From IMG/VR virus record IMGVR_UViG_2565956714_000002, positions 1 to 14,094 of that record: a stretch of DNA of 14,094 nucleotides; one strand, written 5' to 3'. This DNA comes from a virus. Lineage: Duplodnaviria > Heunggongvirae > Uroviricota > Caudoviricetes. The notes below the pieces were generated by a model. That model was not told the origin of the DNA. It saw only the letters and a list, made by a program, of their open reading frames with translations, and searched no databases. The position numbers were made by a program, and so were the translations under genes. Shown piece by piece: positions 13,673 through 14,094 of this stretch (position 1 is the stretch's first letter; each line of letters starts with the position of its first letter).

Positions 13673-14094
13673 CCTCGCGCATACAGCCGGGCAGTGACGT
13701 CATCGTCTGCGCGGAAATGGACGAACAGTGGGGCTATGTCGGGGCTAAATCGCGCCAGCGCTGGCTGTTTTACGCGTATGACAGTCTCCGGAAGACGGTT
13801 GTTGCGCACGTATTCGGTGAACGCACGATAGCGACGCTGGGGCGTCTTATGAGCCTGCTGTCACCCTTTGACGTGGTGATATGGATGACGGATGGCTGGC
13901 CGCTGTATGAATCCCGCCTGAAGGGAAAGCTGCACGTAATCAGCAAGCGATATACGCAGCGAATTGAGCGGCATAACCTGAATCTGAGGCAGCACCTGGC
14001 ACGGCTGGGACGGAAGTCGCTGTCGTTCTCAAAATCGGTGGAGCTGCATGACAAAGTCATCGGGCATTATCTGAACATAAAACACTATCAATAA
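13591..14094 (+). CDS. insB: IS1 InsB reading frame, 167 aa (expressed mainly as the InsAB' transposase by -1 frameshift)
   Basis: The translation [25 protein letters not shown] ... HYLNIKHYQ matches IS1 InsB, with the stop at 14092-14094. Confidence 0.93.
13648..13654 (+). other. IS1 programmed -1 ribosomal frameshift heptamer A AAA AAC
   Basis: AAAAAAC lies in the insA/insB overlap (TTAAAAAACTC), the known IS1 frameshift motif. Confidence 0.85.

Larger units (their letters stand above)
13342..14094 (+). mobile_element. IS1 insertion sequence (753 of 768 bp in window; right inverted repeat lies just beyond the window end)
   Basis: Begins with the IS1 left inverted repeat GGTGATGCTGCCAACTTACTGATTTAGTGTATGATGGTG. 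Contains insA and insB with the A6C frameshift site. The window ends at the insB stop codon. Confidence 0.95.

Noticed and set aside
1-14094. CRISPR arrays, restriction-modification pairs or other recognisable described defence systems
   Set aside because: I found no short direct repeats with regular spacers and no nuclease or ATPase signature genes. The only methyltransferase is an orphan phage Dam type.

Overview
This window is an Escherichia coli-type chromosomal segment carrying the left half of a lambdoid prophage integrated at the thrW tRNA gene. No database search was possible, so every protein assignment is from reading the supplied translations and from memory of the families named. 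From left to right: a complete proA, then tRNA-Thr(CGU) as the attachment site, then a P22-type integrase and excisionase on the minus strand. A leftward early operon follows whose five gene lengths and order (101, 120, 178, 274, 120 aa) match the yfdT-yfdS-yfdR-yfdQ-yfdP block of E. coli CPS-53. Next is a 668-bp region with no credible coding sequence, containing a strong leftward promoter candidate and a boxA-like motif beside a perfect 15-bp inverted repeat. The immunity region has a LexA/CI-type repressor and a Cro-like protein facing each other across 17-bp operators. A tightly overlapped rightward operon then runs through a CII/YdaT-like regulator, two proteins I cannot assign, a replication initiator with internal iterons, a PerC-like regulator, an adenine methyltransferase, a protein that is essentially the LexA DNA-binding domain alone, RusA, a KilA-N protein and a DUF968-like gene split between two frames at an A5 run. 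The window ends with an IS1 copy inserted 39 codons into the Q antiterminator gene, which probably makes the prophage defective for late gene expression. The most interesting items are the LexA-domain-only protein, the long noncoding leader with no N gene, the two unassigned coupled genes and the apparent absence of a helicase loader, the frame-split DUF968 gene, and the IS1-disrupted Q. I found no CRISPR array and no recognisable described defence system.
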